Source of the DNA: a virus
IMG/VR virus record: IMGVR_UViG_3300025853_000046
Coordinates: 26,823 to 90,822 of that record
Strand: one strand, 5' to 3'
DNA: 64,000 nucleotides
The translations under genes and the position numbers were made by a program. Shown piece by piece: positions 29,507 through 39,512 of the stretch (the stretch's first letter is position 1; each line of letters begins with the position of its first letter). The notes under the pieces are model-generated. The model did not search any database, was not told the DNA's origin, and saw only the letters and a program-made list of their open reading frames with translations.

Positions 29507-31840
29507 TTATTCCTCCTCATCATATACCATGTCGTATAATTTTTTATATAAATTTTCATATTTCTTTCTTAGTGATGCGGCTGTCTTAACCATTTGTAGA
29601 TTTTTGACTCCCAATTTCTCTAAGAGTTCGCCCTCTTCATCTTCTGCTAATCCGTCAATTATATTTATAACTTTTCCTAAACGAAGGTAGTCTTCACCGA
29701 AGTATTCTGTTGGATGGGCATTTTGAAGTAGAGCCTTTACTTCTCTCCGCTTCTTTGGTGGAAGAGAAGATATATCTGCCTTTTCTAATGATTTACGAAG
29801 AGGGTCACTGGCAGTTCCTCTTTTCTTTCGTGGTAAATCTCTTCGACCCCTGTAATCTTTACTCGGCCCAGCAGGGGGCTTAGGTTTATTTTTAAAATCC
29901 TCAACTTCCTTTGGGTCATATTTAGGTCTTGCATCTTCTTTTCTTTTAGAACGAATTTTTTCTTCTTGTTCCGATGTCGTAACAGGGCTAATTTCCTCAT
30001 CATAAGTTTCATCAGGTTGAGTTATAGGTTTTGGTTTAACTCCCAATCTATCTGCAATTGTATCTTTTTTACTTGGTGAAGCAACTGAAAAGGTTTGGTC
30101 TAAAACTAAAAGTAATAGTCCGATAACTGTATCATCGCCAACCTTTTCTGATAATAATTTTTCTAATCTCTCTACCTGTTTCTTGGATAAAAGTTCTTTA
30201 TAAGAAGGGTCGAATAAATATCGAGACATCAAAGGTATAAAATTTTTATTTTTAAATTCAGCACCATTTACTATTTTTTGAACTCTTTGTGTTTTTATAA
30301 CAGGTGTTAATTTTTTACCCCCAATTACAGACATATTTTTTATTAATTTTGTTAACAGTGGATTATTTCTACTGGTAAGCCATTCAACCATGTAAGGAAG
30401 TGTAACATCATCAAAACCAGCATCAGTAGTAGAACTTCTTATATCTTTTACAGATGGAATACCTTTTGCGTTAAATATATCTCCGACTAAATTATCCATA
30501 AATTTTTGATAATTGGTTACTTTAGGTATAGGTGCGTATTTAGTTTCCATCCAATTAGATACCCTTTCAAACTCTTCAGGGGTGTATCTCTTACCAACAG
30601 GTAAATTAAGTTCTGCTTCATTAACCAAAAAATTAATATTTTCCTTAACTGTTAATGTGGCTCTCGTAGCACCTTGTCTATTTAGTTTAATTTTAGCAAC
30701 TGGATATTGCTCTCCACCAATAGTTTGCATTGATATTTCTACCATATTTTTTAAATTGCCTATAAATTTATTTAAAGTATTTCCACCCGTAGAAGTAGAT
30801 GTTGATTCTATCAACTCCATAATTTTATCAAACTTATTTTTATTTTTCTCTCTATATTTATTAATTGTAGGGGAATCTTCCCCATCTATAAATTTATCTA
30901 AAGCGATAATAAAGGAATCAAAATCAGCATTTGAAATCGGATACATTATTGTTCTTATTTGTGGTAGGTTTTGTTTCATTTCAACTCTATCTATATCTTC
31001 TATATTATACCCATAATCTAAATAAAATCTTGTATTTAATTCTTCCTCAGCCTCATCAGAAGTTAAAGTAGATTCAGAAGTTACTTGTTTTATTTCCTCT
31101 CTTAAGTTTTTTATTTCCTCTCTTAAGTCCTTTATTTCTTTACCAAGAGATTCATAAATTGAATCTTGGGAAGGCGTTCTATAATCTAATAAATCAAATC
31201 TATCTTCCGCTGTTTTTAATTCTTTACTTGCTATACTTAATCTTTCTCTTAGTTTATCTTCTGTTCTTTTAACATTTGATTTTGGTTTAAAATCTTGAAA
31301 ATTACCCTTTCGTTTTTTTCTGTCACGAGTTTCTTTCGCTCTTAGTTTTTTACCTTCTTCTCTACTTTCTACACGGGGTTTTTCTCTTTCATCGAGATAA
31401 GGTTTATCTTCAGGAAGTTCCCTTCTTTTGAGTTTTTTAGGCATTCTTCTACCTTCTTCTCGATATTGTATAGTTTCACTTTCCTTAAAAGGGTTAACTT
31501 CATCGTAATCAACAACATTTTCTTTGTAATGTTTAGCCGCTTCATCTATGGTAAGAGGAGTTTGTGCTTGAACTACTGTTTCATATACCACAGGAGGGCC
31601 TTTACTTTTTACCCTCTCAACAGGATAAAAGGAATCTCCACCCCGTCTTTTATATCCGTCACCTATAATTTCCCCGTTTTCATTTACCTTAATTGCCCCT
31701 TTTGAATTTTTTGTAGCCGTGAATGGATTATTTTTTGCTTCTAAAGGATTTTTTATTGCTTCATTAATTAACCTTTTAATTTCTTTTACCGAAGTTCCTT
31801 TAGGTAAAGTAAAGGTCGCCTTTAGAATATCTTCCCACAT
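29507..31840 (-). CDS. Large basic protein with WxxILK tag (MWEDILKA, 777 aa)
   Basis: ORF track; Lys/Arg/Glu-rich; LRK|S and LEK|A precede a C-terminal module. Confidence 0.6.
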   Translation of the reverse strand: MWEDILKATFTLPKGTSVKEIKRLINEAIKNPLEAKNNPFTATKNSKGAIKVNENGEIIGDGYKRRGGDSFYPVERVKSKGPPVVYETVVQAQTPLTIDEAAKHYKENVVDYDEVNPFKESETIQYREEGRRMPKKLKRRELPEDKPYLDEREKPRVESREEGKKLRAKETRDRKKRKGNFQDFKPKSNVKRTEDKLRERLSIASKELKTAEDRFDLLDYRTPSQDSIYESLGKEIKDLREEIKNLREEIKQVTSESTLTSDEAEEELNTRFYLDYGYNIEDIDRVEMKQNLPQIRTIMYPISNADFDSFIIALDKFIDGEDSPTINKYREKNKNKFDKIMELIESTSTSTGGNTLNKFIGNLKNMVEISMQTIGGEQYPVAKIKLNRQGATRATLTVKENINFLVNEAELNLPVGKRYTPEEFERVSNWMETKYAPIPKVTNYQKFMDNLVGDIFNAKGIPSVKDIRSSTTDAGFDDVTLPYMVEWLTSRNNPLLTKLIKNMSVIGGKKLTPVIKTQRVQKIVNGAEFKNKNFIPLMSRYLFDPSYKELLSKKQVERLEKLLSEKVGDDTVIGLLLLVLDQTFSVASPSKKDTIADRLGVKPKPITQPDETYDEEISPVTTSEQEEKIRSKRKEDARPKYDPKEVEDFKNKPKPPAGPSKDYRGRRDLPRKKRGTASDPLRKSLEKADISSLPPKKRREVKALLQNAHPTEYFGEDYLRLGKVINIIDGLAEDEEGELLEKLGVKNLQMVKTAASLRKKYENLYKKLYDMVYDEEE

Positions 31841-31842
31841 AT

Positions 31843-32091
31843 CTACACCTGTCTAAATTTTTTCGACATTTTAGGGCCGGGCCGAATAATTCCGGGGATA
31901 ACAGGGTCTGCCTCAAAGTTATCAGGAGGAACTTCCGGCACATTCATTGTTAAATCCACAGTTTTCTTAGGCGTGGGTTCTGGTTTATTAGCCTTTCGCT
32001 CAAGGTCTGATAATTGTTTTTTCGCTTCATCTAATTTTCTTCTTATTATATCACTCATTTTTTCACTTTCCTTATAGTCTTCTTGAGGCAA
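31843..32091 (-). CDS. Hypothetical protein (82 aa)
   Basis: Coupled ORF; Pro-rich C-terminal half. Confidence 0.5.
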   Translation of the reverse strand: MPQEDYKESEKMSDIIRRKLDEAKKQLSDLERKANKPEPTPKKTVDLTMNVPEVPPDNFEADPVIPGIIRPGPKMSKKFRQV

Positions 32092-34804
32092 GGTTTGTTG
32101 CCTTTGGTGGATTTTGTTTTAAATATTCTTTAATTAATTTATTTGATAATTTTTTATAATCATCAAGTATTTCTCTATTCATTGTAGTAAGATTATTCGC
32201 TGATTCATAAATTTCGTTATTTAAATTTTCCGAGTCTTCTAAGTCTCGTTCTCTACCCATTATTCGTTTCATTTCAAGGTAATCTTGTTCTTCCTTCATA
32301 GCCAAAGGGTAATCTTCTAACAACTTTAATTTACTTTTGAAAGTATTCCATGCTTGACGCATAATACCTGAAAATATACTCATATCTTCTGTTTCTGATG
32401 AAAAGAGGGGCATTGGTTGGTAAGCATTAACATCAATTGGGAATACTTCACCTTCTCCCTCCCCTCTATTACCCAGTAACCAGTGTAAATCCGGAGAAAC
32501 AGTATCTTCTTGGGGTGAAAGAATACAAATAGCATTCTCAATGGCATATAGTTTAGGTTTAAAGGTAGATAAATAGTCGTTGCATATTTCAGTAATATAA
32601 GATAAAGTAACTTCTTTTAAAGAAGAATAATTATTTGTAAATAAATCATTTGGCATGTTTTTTAATTCAAACCATCCGTTCTGCGAGGCCCAAACTCTTA
32701 ACGGCGTAAATAAATTATTTAAAGGAGTAATGCAAATGTCTACTCTACCCCCCGAATGTCCGTCTTTATCATGGTAAAAGGGGTCGAATGAAAAAAAGCC
32801 GTAACCACCTCTTTTTTCTCTAAATACCATAAAGCCTTCCCTTCTTCCAGTTAAAGTATCTTGTCTGACTTCTTCGTGATAAAGCACTTGGTCGTGATTT
32901 TTCATATTATTTGCTTGAGTATAAGTATAAGTAGTAGCAACTTCTTCAGGGGTCATAGAAACTCTTGCTTCGGAAGTATAACCTTCTCTACCAGCATAAT
33001 AAGGTTTTTCAGGTAAATTTGTAATTAAATTTTTAGGCGAACTTATTATTCTATTAATAAGATTTACAATATCTACTCGTATGTCAAAATCTTGAAAATT
33101 TATTGAAAATTGTTTTGCATCATCTTGCCCACCATATTTACTTACACTTATTTCTTGCCTGTCGTAATTGATAATGAATATAAAATTTTGGAATTTTTTT
33201 CGGTTTTGATATTTCTTTGGGGCTTGGTCGCTACTAATTCTTTTACCTGTATCAGTACGGATAAACATATCAATTGAAAAAACAAAAACAGAATCTAATT
33301 TATCTACTTTATTTGGGTAAATTCCCAGTGCAACTATTTCATCAACCAAATAGCCTATACCTGTGTAGTCACTTCCTTCCCTTATAAATATTCTATATTC
33401 CTCTTGGTCGAATATATCTAATAGTGAAACCCAATTTTGCCAGTATTTAGCAAAATTAACTTTTTCTGTTTCTGTTAAACTATCATACCCCTTCCTATTA
33501 CTTTTTTTAACCAAAAATTCTAAATCATCCGTTAGGTTAGGAATTGACTTTTTTACAGGGTATCTCTCAATTGAACTATCTTGTGAAGATGGCGGCCTTG
33601 AACTTCTTTTTGTCCAACCCGACCTATCTCCCATCGCTAAACCAATTTTTGCTGTAATTAAATCGGCTAAAAGGCGTTTTCCACTATCATACTTTTTATC
33701 ATTAAATAACCTTCTCGGTAAAGGTTTATATTTACCTGTGCTTTCCTTAAATATTGTTACTGAATCTTCTAAACTTAATTTTATTCTTTCAATAGTTTTA
33801 GGTTGAATTAATTTTTTTGAAGCCCACTCGTCGAACCTAATATCTTGAGAAAATAAAGTATATTGTGTATTTATTGACTTTAAGCCAAATAGTTTATTTA
33901 AACCTTTATCTACATAATTATTATTTAAAGAAAACACTAATAAATTATCTTTCGACTTACTTTTTCGTTCCATTTTTCTTTTTACCAGTCTTTTAGCCCA
34001 TCTCCTAAATAAAGGAAATGCTTCAGGCGATACTCCGTATTTTTCATCAAAATCAAGTTCAAAATCTATTGAAGGTGCTAAGACATACAAGTCATTTTTT
34101 ATTGCTTCGTCACTCTGTTGAACAGTGCTACGACGACTCGTTTTACTTAAAATATTAATCCCTTTTGATTTTTGTAATTTAGAAATACTGGGAACAGTCG
34201 CAACTGGAAAAGTGCCAATTTTAAAACCGTAATCTGAACTCCAAGGGAATATTGCTACTATTACTTTCCTTATTGACGCAGGGCCATAAGCCCTCGAATC
34301 CTCCACTATTTTTTTAAATTGACGAAAATTAGTCTGTCTTTTAAAGTCTTCTTCATCTCCCACATAATTTTGCATAAAAGTATATGAGTAATCACTAATT
34401 TCTTCAAACCCGTGACCTGCATGTCTTTCAGTATTAAGTCGTGTTACAGTTTCACTAACTACAGTTTGTCCAGTATCAAAAGATTCCTTAAGAAGATTAA
34501 GTAATATAACTTTATCACTACCTTGTATCACTTCGTTTAAATATCTTCTAACCGTTTTTCCTCCCCCAACAATATCGTAATCAAACACAATTAAGCCCTG
34601 ACTGTGAGAAATCAATTTTAATACTCCCTCTCTATCATCATTTAAAATATCATTGTAGACTTCGGGAGAAATATCTTTTCTTGATAACATTTCTTCTGTT
34701 GCTAATGTTTCCATACCGACTCTTAAATTCACAAATTTGATTTCTGTAAATCTACTTGTAAGATAGTCAATTTCATCTTTGCCCATTAAACCCTTGTAAA
34801 TCAT
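32072..34804 (-). CDS. Large hypothetical protein (910 aa)
   Basis: Long ORF directly downstream of the portal. Confidence 0.6.
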   Translation of the reverse strand: MIYKGLMGKDEIDYLTSRFTEIKFVNLRVGMETLATEEMLSRKDISPEVYNDILNDDREGVLKLISHSQGLIVFDYDIVGGGKTVRRYLNEVIQGSDKVILLNLLKESFDTGQTVVSETVTRLNTERHAGHGFEEISDYSYTFMQNYVGDEEDFKRQTNFRQFKKIVEDSRAYGPASIRKVIVAIFPWSSDYGFKIGTFPVATVPSISKLQKSKGINILSKTSRRSTVQQSDEAIKNDLYVLAPSIDFELDFDEKYGVSPEAFPLFRRWAKRLVKRKMERKSKSKDNLLVFSLNNNYVDKGLNKLFGLKSINTQYTLFSQDIRFDEWASKKLIQPKTIERIKLSLEDSVTIFKESTGKYKPLPRRLFNDKKYDSGKRLLADLITAKIGLAMGDRSGWTKRSSRPPSSQDSSIERYPVKKSIPNLTDDLEFLVKKSNRKGYDSLTETEKVNFAKYWQNWVSLLDIFDQEEYRIFIREGSDYTGIGYLVDEIVALGIYPNKVDKLDSVFVFSIDMFIRTDTGKRISSDQAPKKYQNRKKFQNFIFIINYDRQEISVSKYGGQDDAKQFSINFQDFDIRVDIVNLINRIISSPKNLITNLPEKPYYAGREGYTSEARVSMTPEEVATTYTYTQANNMKNHDQVLYHEEVRQDTLTGRREGFMVFREKRGGYGFFSFDPFYHDKDGHSGGRVDICITPLNNLFTPLRVWASQNGWFELKNMPNDLFTNNYSSLKEVTLSYITEICNDYLSTFKPKLYAIENAICILSPQEDTVSPDLHWLLGNRGEGEGEVFPIDVNAYQPMPLFSSETEDMSIFSGIMRQAWNTFKSKLKLLEDYPLAMKEEQDYLEMKRIMGRERDLEDSENLNNEIYESANNLTTMNREILDDYKKLSNKLIKEYLKQNPPKATNLASRRL

Positions 34805-36462
34805 CCTACTCTCCTCTCGGTTCTTTTATCTACATTTTTATTTCCAGCGTCGCCGGGAAGTCCACTAAATCTTTTATCTGGTGGTGAAGGCATTCTTTTC
34901 TTTGGGGTATAGTCTGCCTTATCTGCTACTTCTCCCGCTACCTGCCCCTTTGTTTGACCGCTTAATAATGCTTGCTCTTGAAGTTGCCCTAATTGTGAGG
35001 AATCAATATTAGTTCCAGCATACTTATCAGTTTCTATTGGTGCGTCTTTTTTCTTATCAACATCAACTGTTGTAAGTTCTTCTGATGGGAATTTCTTGAA
35101 TATAAAATCACCTTCTTCATTCATATCAACCTCGAAGCCGAGATTTTTCATTTGAATAGCAAGTGCGACTTCCATCTCCCTTCTACGAAGAACAGCAATT
35201 TCATCTTCTTCTTCCGAGCGTAAAAGTTGAACTCTCCAATCTGTTATTCCAAATTGTTCCATCATAAATGGAAATAGATATTTATTATACACACTTTGGG
35301 CCATTTCAACTGCCCGATTAGTAACAAGTATTTGCATACCCTCGGAGTTAAGTCCACCGGAAGCCGTATTGTCTGCCATAAAGATATTACTTACACCGTA
35401 AAACGCTGAGATTCTTGTTCTTAAGTCTTCCTTTACAGCAGTATAATCCATCTCTTTTAGACTGTTCATAAAAGGAATCCATTCAACAGAACCACGAGAA
35501 CCTCCCTCGGATTCAATACCCATGATAGGAATGTAATGGGGGTCTTGTTCTAACTTTTCTTTAACCCCTTTCCAATACTTTACCAGAGACTCCATGTTGT
35601 TAGTCTGCACAGCAAGAATACCCTTTGGCGTTCTCATCTTTTGATATGAAGTGCTAATATAAGACTCCATAGCCTGTAATGTAAATATGTAATTAAATAA
35701 AGTAATCACGGGCGGATGGCCGTATAATCTTGAAGGCCCATATTTACTAAAATGCACTACTTCTCCAGTAATATAATGCTGTTCCCCTTGTGCTGTTTTA
35801 TTTGTAAATTCGATTGCTTCGAGAGAACTACCACATATCCCACATTTTTCATGCCGTTCTTCGGAAATAAACTCTCGGTGAGTTACACATGTAAATCTCG
35901 AATGCCCTCTATCTCCATCTTCATCAACTTCAATAAACATTGTAGTGGGGTCGCCTCTATAAATCTCATTAATCTTAGACATGGCAATCCCCCCATCTTC
36001 TTCTAAATAATAATCCTTAACAAGAATTAAGAAAGCGTCATCCATAACATTGAGGTCTGTTTCTAATTCCTTGAGAACATCAATAAATAGTTGGTGTGAA
36101 TCATTAACATGGTTTTTAAAGAAATTTTCAGCAAAGACTTTTTGATTGTAGTCGGGCCTTCTTAAATCTGTTGAACTGCAATTCATACATTCCTCTACAT
36201 ATTTTTGATGTTCATATCCACAAGAGTTACACTTAAGGTCAAATGCCTTTTTCCATTCATAGCCTCGGCGGAAAACTTCATTCTTAAGTTGAACTAAGCA
36301 AGTTCTAACAACTGTTGAATTTTTAGCAGTATCGTATAAATAACGCCCTGCATAATGTTGAGGGTATCTACGCTCTTGAATACCTAAATTATAAACATCC
36401 TTTTCCATAGGAATAGGAGTTCTTCTTCTTATCAATTGTCTAAATCTGTCTCGTAGCCCCAT
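34801..36462 (-). CDS. Portal protein with Zn-finger insertions (553 aa)
   Basis: 'LYGHPP', 'PKGIL', 'EMDY...RISAFYGVS' portal motifs; CNSC..CMNC and CVTH..CGIC clusters. Confidence 0.88.
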   Translation of the reverse strand: MGLRDRFRQLIRRRTPIPMEKDVYNLGIQERRYPQHYAGRYLYDTAKNSTVVRTCLVQLKNEVFRRGYEWKKAFDLKCNSCGYEHQKYVEECMNCSSTDLRRPDYNQKVFAENFFKNHVNDSHQLFIDVLKELETDLNVMDDAFLILVKDYYLEEDGGIAMSKINEIYRGDPTTMFIEVDEDGDRGHSRFTCVTHREFISEERHEKCGICGSSLEAIEFTNKTAQGEQHYITGEVVHFSKYGPSRLYGHPPVITLFNYIFTLQAMESYISTSYQKMRTPKGILAVQTNNMESLVKYWKGVKEKLEQDPHYIPIMGIESEGGSRGSVEWIPFMNSLKEMDYTAVKEDLRTRISAFYGVSNIFMADNTASGGLNSEGMQILVTNRAVEMAQSVYNKYLFPFMMEQFGITDWRVQLLRSEEEDEIAVLRRREMEVALAIQMKNLGFEVDMNEEGDFIFKKFPSEELTTVDVDKKKDAPIETDKYAGTNIDSSQLGQLQEQALLSGQTKGQVAGEVADKADYTPKKRMPSPPDKRFSGLPGDAGNKNVDKRTERRVG

Positions 36463-36464
36463 AC

Positions 36465-37838
36465 TTAATCCTCCTTAACAATAGAATCCATTTCATTCAT
36501 CAATTCCCACTTACAGTTATCCTTATACTTTGATATATTATCCTCTTGTATATCGTATTTTTCAAATTCGACTGAACCTTGATTACGAGCATCCTTCCAA
36601 TTTTCCCATTTAATAAGTTTGAAAATTTCACTTACCCTTTCTTTAGCCCACGGTTCTTTCTTATAAAATTTCTTAATTTTAATAGCCTCTTGTAAAAGTC
36701 TCCCTTGTTCTTTTTTCATACGCAGGTGGGGTAGGCACTTGTCCAACAATTTTGTAATATCGTTTTGACTATAAAAGTTTAACCTGTGCTGACTCCGGTT
36801 ATTCTCTCCTACCTTTTGGTCTAAATGTAGGCGGCCAATTTTAAGTTCCTTTTCCATTTCTTGAAAGAAAGCCCTACCTCTATCTCCCGTGGCAATCATA
36901 CCTATACGGGGAGAGTAAGAAGAGTCCATAGTAATATAACCATCCGAATCAATGAATCCCGCTACATATCCGTAAAGGTCTTTCTTAATCTCATCACTAA
37001 GAATGTAGTAGTCACCGTTAACATTTGTTGCGTTAATTTTACGAAGCATTTTTGAAATAGTTTGCGGAGTAGTAGAACGGTGGTAACTTTTAGGAAGCAT
37101 CGAATGTATTGCATTACTTGAAATTCCGGGGTTGTTACAAATTGTTTTAATTATAATATTATCTAAAACATTCTGCCTTGACTTTCTAATTGACTGGTGG
37201 GAAATACCTTTTAGGGTAGAGCGAATATTTTTTTTACTTTGCTTGAAAACCTTAGTGTAGTCGGAATATTCTTTTCCATAGTCTAATTCATTTTTAAAAA
37301 TATTGGCCTCCCACATTTTTATCAAATCATCAATGACTTCTTTTCTAACATCTCCATCTTTAATATGTTCTAATTTTCTAAGTGTAACTAAATCAGGTGT
37401 AAGCATTTTAACTGCTGATTTATAAGGAGAAAGCCAGTAAATAGAATCAATACATTTATTCAAATGTTCTCCGTATGCGTTAATTAAATGGTCTATGGTT
37501 TTACTCATCTTCATCCTTGAGTCTCCCTTTAACTGTCTACGCATGTTTCTTAAATCCTTAACAATATCCGGTATAGGTTTGTTATCAATGAGGGGTTCTT
37601 CAGGAAAAGACGATAACATGTTTCTCGCATCTGTAAGATTTACTGAATATATTTTAGATATATCCTTGATAACTTCAGTTTCATCAATGGATTGATATGG
37701 CAACCATTCACTAAGTTTTAATAAATCTTTTATTTCTTTCTTTTTTTCTTCTTCAAGTCTTTGAACCTCTTCAAGTTCTGGTAACTTTCTCCGAAGTTCG
37801 TTTGTATTAATTTCATCTTCCTTACATATTAATTCCAT
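36465..37838 (-). CDS. Free-standing LAGLIDADG endonuclease-like protein with long N-terminal helical/HTH region
   Basis: 'LYGYVAGFIDSDGYI' and 'LPHLRMKKEQ'; likely start ATG 37838 after GGAGGTG. Confidence 0.8.
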   Translation of the reverse strand: MELICKEDEINTNELRRKLPELEEVQRLEEEKKKEIKDLLKLSEWLPYQSIDETEVIKDISKIYSVNLTDARNMLSSFPEEPLIDNKPIPDIVKDLRNMRRQLKGDSRMKMSKTIDHLINAYGEHLNKCIDSIYWLSPYKSAVKMLTPDLVTLRKLEHIKDGDVRKEVIDDLIKMWEANIFKNELDYGKEYSDYTKVFKQSKKNIRSTLKGISHQSIRKSRQNVLDNIIIKTICNNPGISSNAIHSMLPKSYHRSTTPQTISKMLRKINATNVNGDYYILSDEIKKDLYGYVAGFIDSDGYITMDSSYSPRIGMIATGDRGRAFFQEMEKELKIGRLHLDQKVGENNRSQHRLNFYSQNDITKLLDKCLPHLRMKKEQGRLLQEAIKIKKFYKKEPWAKERVSEIFKLIKWENWKDARNQGSVEFEKYDIQEDNISKYKDNCKWELMNEMDSIVKED

Positions 37839-39237
37839 ATATTCCACCTCCGAAACTTTGACCTTTGGGTGTGCCAAATAAGCCACTACTATCTATGTCT
37901 ACGAAGGCATCATTAAAAGACTTTGTGGCGTGATTAGCCAAAGCGAGTGCTATAACAATATCATCGTGTGCGCCTAAACCTTCAATTTTTCCTGTGCTAC
38001 TAATACCGAATGCTTCGAGTTCTTGTATAATTGCATCAGAAACACCCTTTGCCTTTTCATCTGCATAGGGTAGTATAATTTTATTATTCTCCAAGTTCAT
38101 CTGTAAGTTAAGAATAATTTCTTCCTTCTTCTTACGGTGCATGGTGAACTCTTTTACAGGAAAATCTGATATATCCCTCAATTCCATAGCAAAGGACTTA
38201 GCGAATGTATTAGTCTCAATCATTACAACTTCGGGTTTGAATCTTTCGCAAAGGTCTGTAATGCGGGTAATGTGAGAACGGAAATCCATATTCTTTTCAC
38301 GCACCATTGTAACAACTTTTTTATTCATATCCTCATCTACTTCAATAACCATCATTACTGTGTAGTCGCCGTCTGCTGAAAGAGAAGGGTCGTAACCGAT
38401 GTAGTATTTGAAAGCCTCATTGTTACCATGATACAATAACTTACTTGTCCGGTCTTTAGACTTATCTATAAACTCTTTTCCAAATAACATCGTATTGGAT
38501 GAAATTGGTATGCAAAGATATTCTCTTGTGAACTTTGAAGAACCTATTTCACGCTTTCTTTTTTCTAAAGAATCAATATCCCAACGAGAGGGCCAAAGAG
38601 CATCACCCGTTTGATTTATCGCTGGATAGCGTTGCACATCATATTCAGGGTTTTCCTCTAATGCGGCAAATATATCAGTGTATGTGAAAGGTGTTCCGAC
38701 CATTCGTAAAGTAGCGGTGTGGTGAAGAGTAGGAATCATGTCTCCCCAAAACCAATCTGTAACTCGCTGTATGGCGGCTACAGAAAACTCCTTCATAGGG
38801 TCGTCAATAATAATTTCTTGAGGGTGAAGTCCACGAATCTGTGAACCAACGGAACGCTCAAGTATTTCATTTCCGTTTGTTAATCTCATTGAGCCGACAG
38901 CCCAACCTGCTTTAGGTTTGTATTTTCTTAGGGCAGGAATGTTTGTGAACATTCGGTCAATGTCTTTCATGTGAACCATTGTCTGTTTTTGGTTTGATGA
39001 AATGTAAATCATTTGATATGGTGGAGGTTGAAAAATTAATTGGTAGATACACCAAGAGTGAAAGAATACAGACTTTCCGTGGTCTCGTGAACAAATGATT
39101 ACAGTTCTTTGAGTGTCGTGAACTGATTGTAGCCAATCACGGTGAAAGTCTGCCATTTCCATTCCGAGAATTTTTGTAAAGAAATATTCAAAATTACCAT
39201 CGGAGGCTTTCATATCCATTTCTGTAAGTAAGTCCAT
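37822..39237 (-). CDS. terL: Terminase large subunit (471 aa)
   Basis: Walker A 'SRDHGKS', Walker B 'IIIDDP', 'VGTP', nuclease 'IGYDPS' and 'HDDIVIALALA'. Confidence 0.95.
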   Translation of the reverse strand: MDLLTEMDMKASDGNFEYFFTKILGMEMADFHRDWLQSVHDTQRTVIICSRDHGKSVFFHSWCIYQLIFQPPPYQMIYISSNQKQTMVHMKDIDRMFTNIPALRKYKPKAGWAVGSMRLTNGNEILERSVGSQIRGLHPQEIIIDDPMKEFSVAAIQRVTDWFWGDMIPTLHHTATLRMVGTPFTYTDIFAALEENPEYDVQRYPAINQTGDALWPSRWDIDSLEKRKREIGSSKFTREYLCIPISSNTMLFGKEFIDKSKDRTSKLLYHGNNEAFKYYIGYDPSLSADGDYTVMMVIEVDEDMNKKVVTMVREKNMDFRSHITRITDLCERFKPEVVMIETNTFAKSFAMELRDISDFPVKEFTMHRKKKEEIILNLQMNLENNKIILPYADEKAKGVSDAIIQELEAFGISSTGKIEGLGAHDDIVIALALANHATKSFNDAFVDIDSSGLFGTPKGQSFGGGIYGINM

Positions 39238-39512
39238 TAACCAATCACCCTTTCATAAACTGTAACTTGGCGTCTACTAAACTGTTTTATTCTTTTTGTA
39301 TATTCTTTATTTTTTGACAAATAATAACTAAGTTCTCCTATTGTGGGGATTGTATCACGCCCAGAAACCTTTCTCCTCTCAACATCATCCCATATTAAAT
39401 CTAATATCATTCTGACACTTCTTTCTTCACCGTCTGCCATAATTTCATCAGTTATTTTTTTAGCCCTATTAGTTATACGAGTACCCTTTAATATTCCCCA
39501 AGCCTTCTTCAT
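39237..39512 (-). CDS. Small wHTH-like protein with W-ILK tag (MKKAWGILKG)
   Basis: Helix-helix-wing pattern; N-terminal motif. Confidence 0.5.
   Translation of the reverse strand: MKKAWGILKGTRITNRAKKITDEIMADGEERSVRMILDLIWDDVERRKVSGRDTIPTIGELSYYLSKNKEYTKRIKQFSRRQVTVYERVIG

Noticed and set aside
36465-39237. Intein or intron in TerL or portal carrying the LAGLIDADG
   Set aside because: TerL has all its motifs and its own stop. The LAGLIDADG ORF has its own SD, start and stop, with no splice-junction residues.
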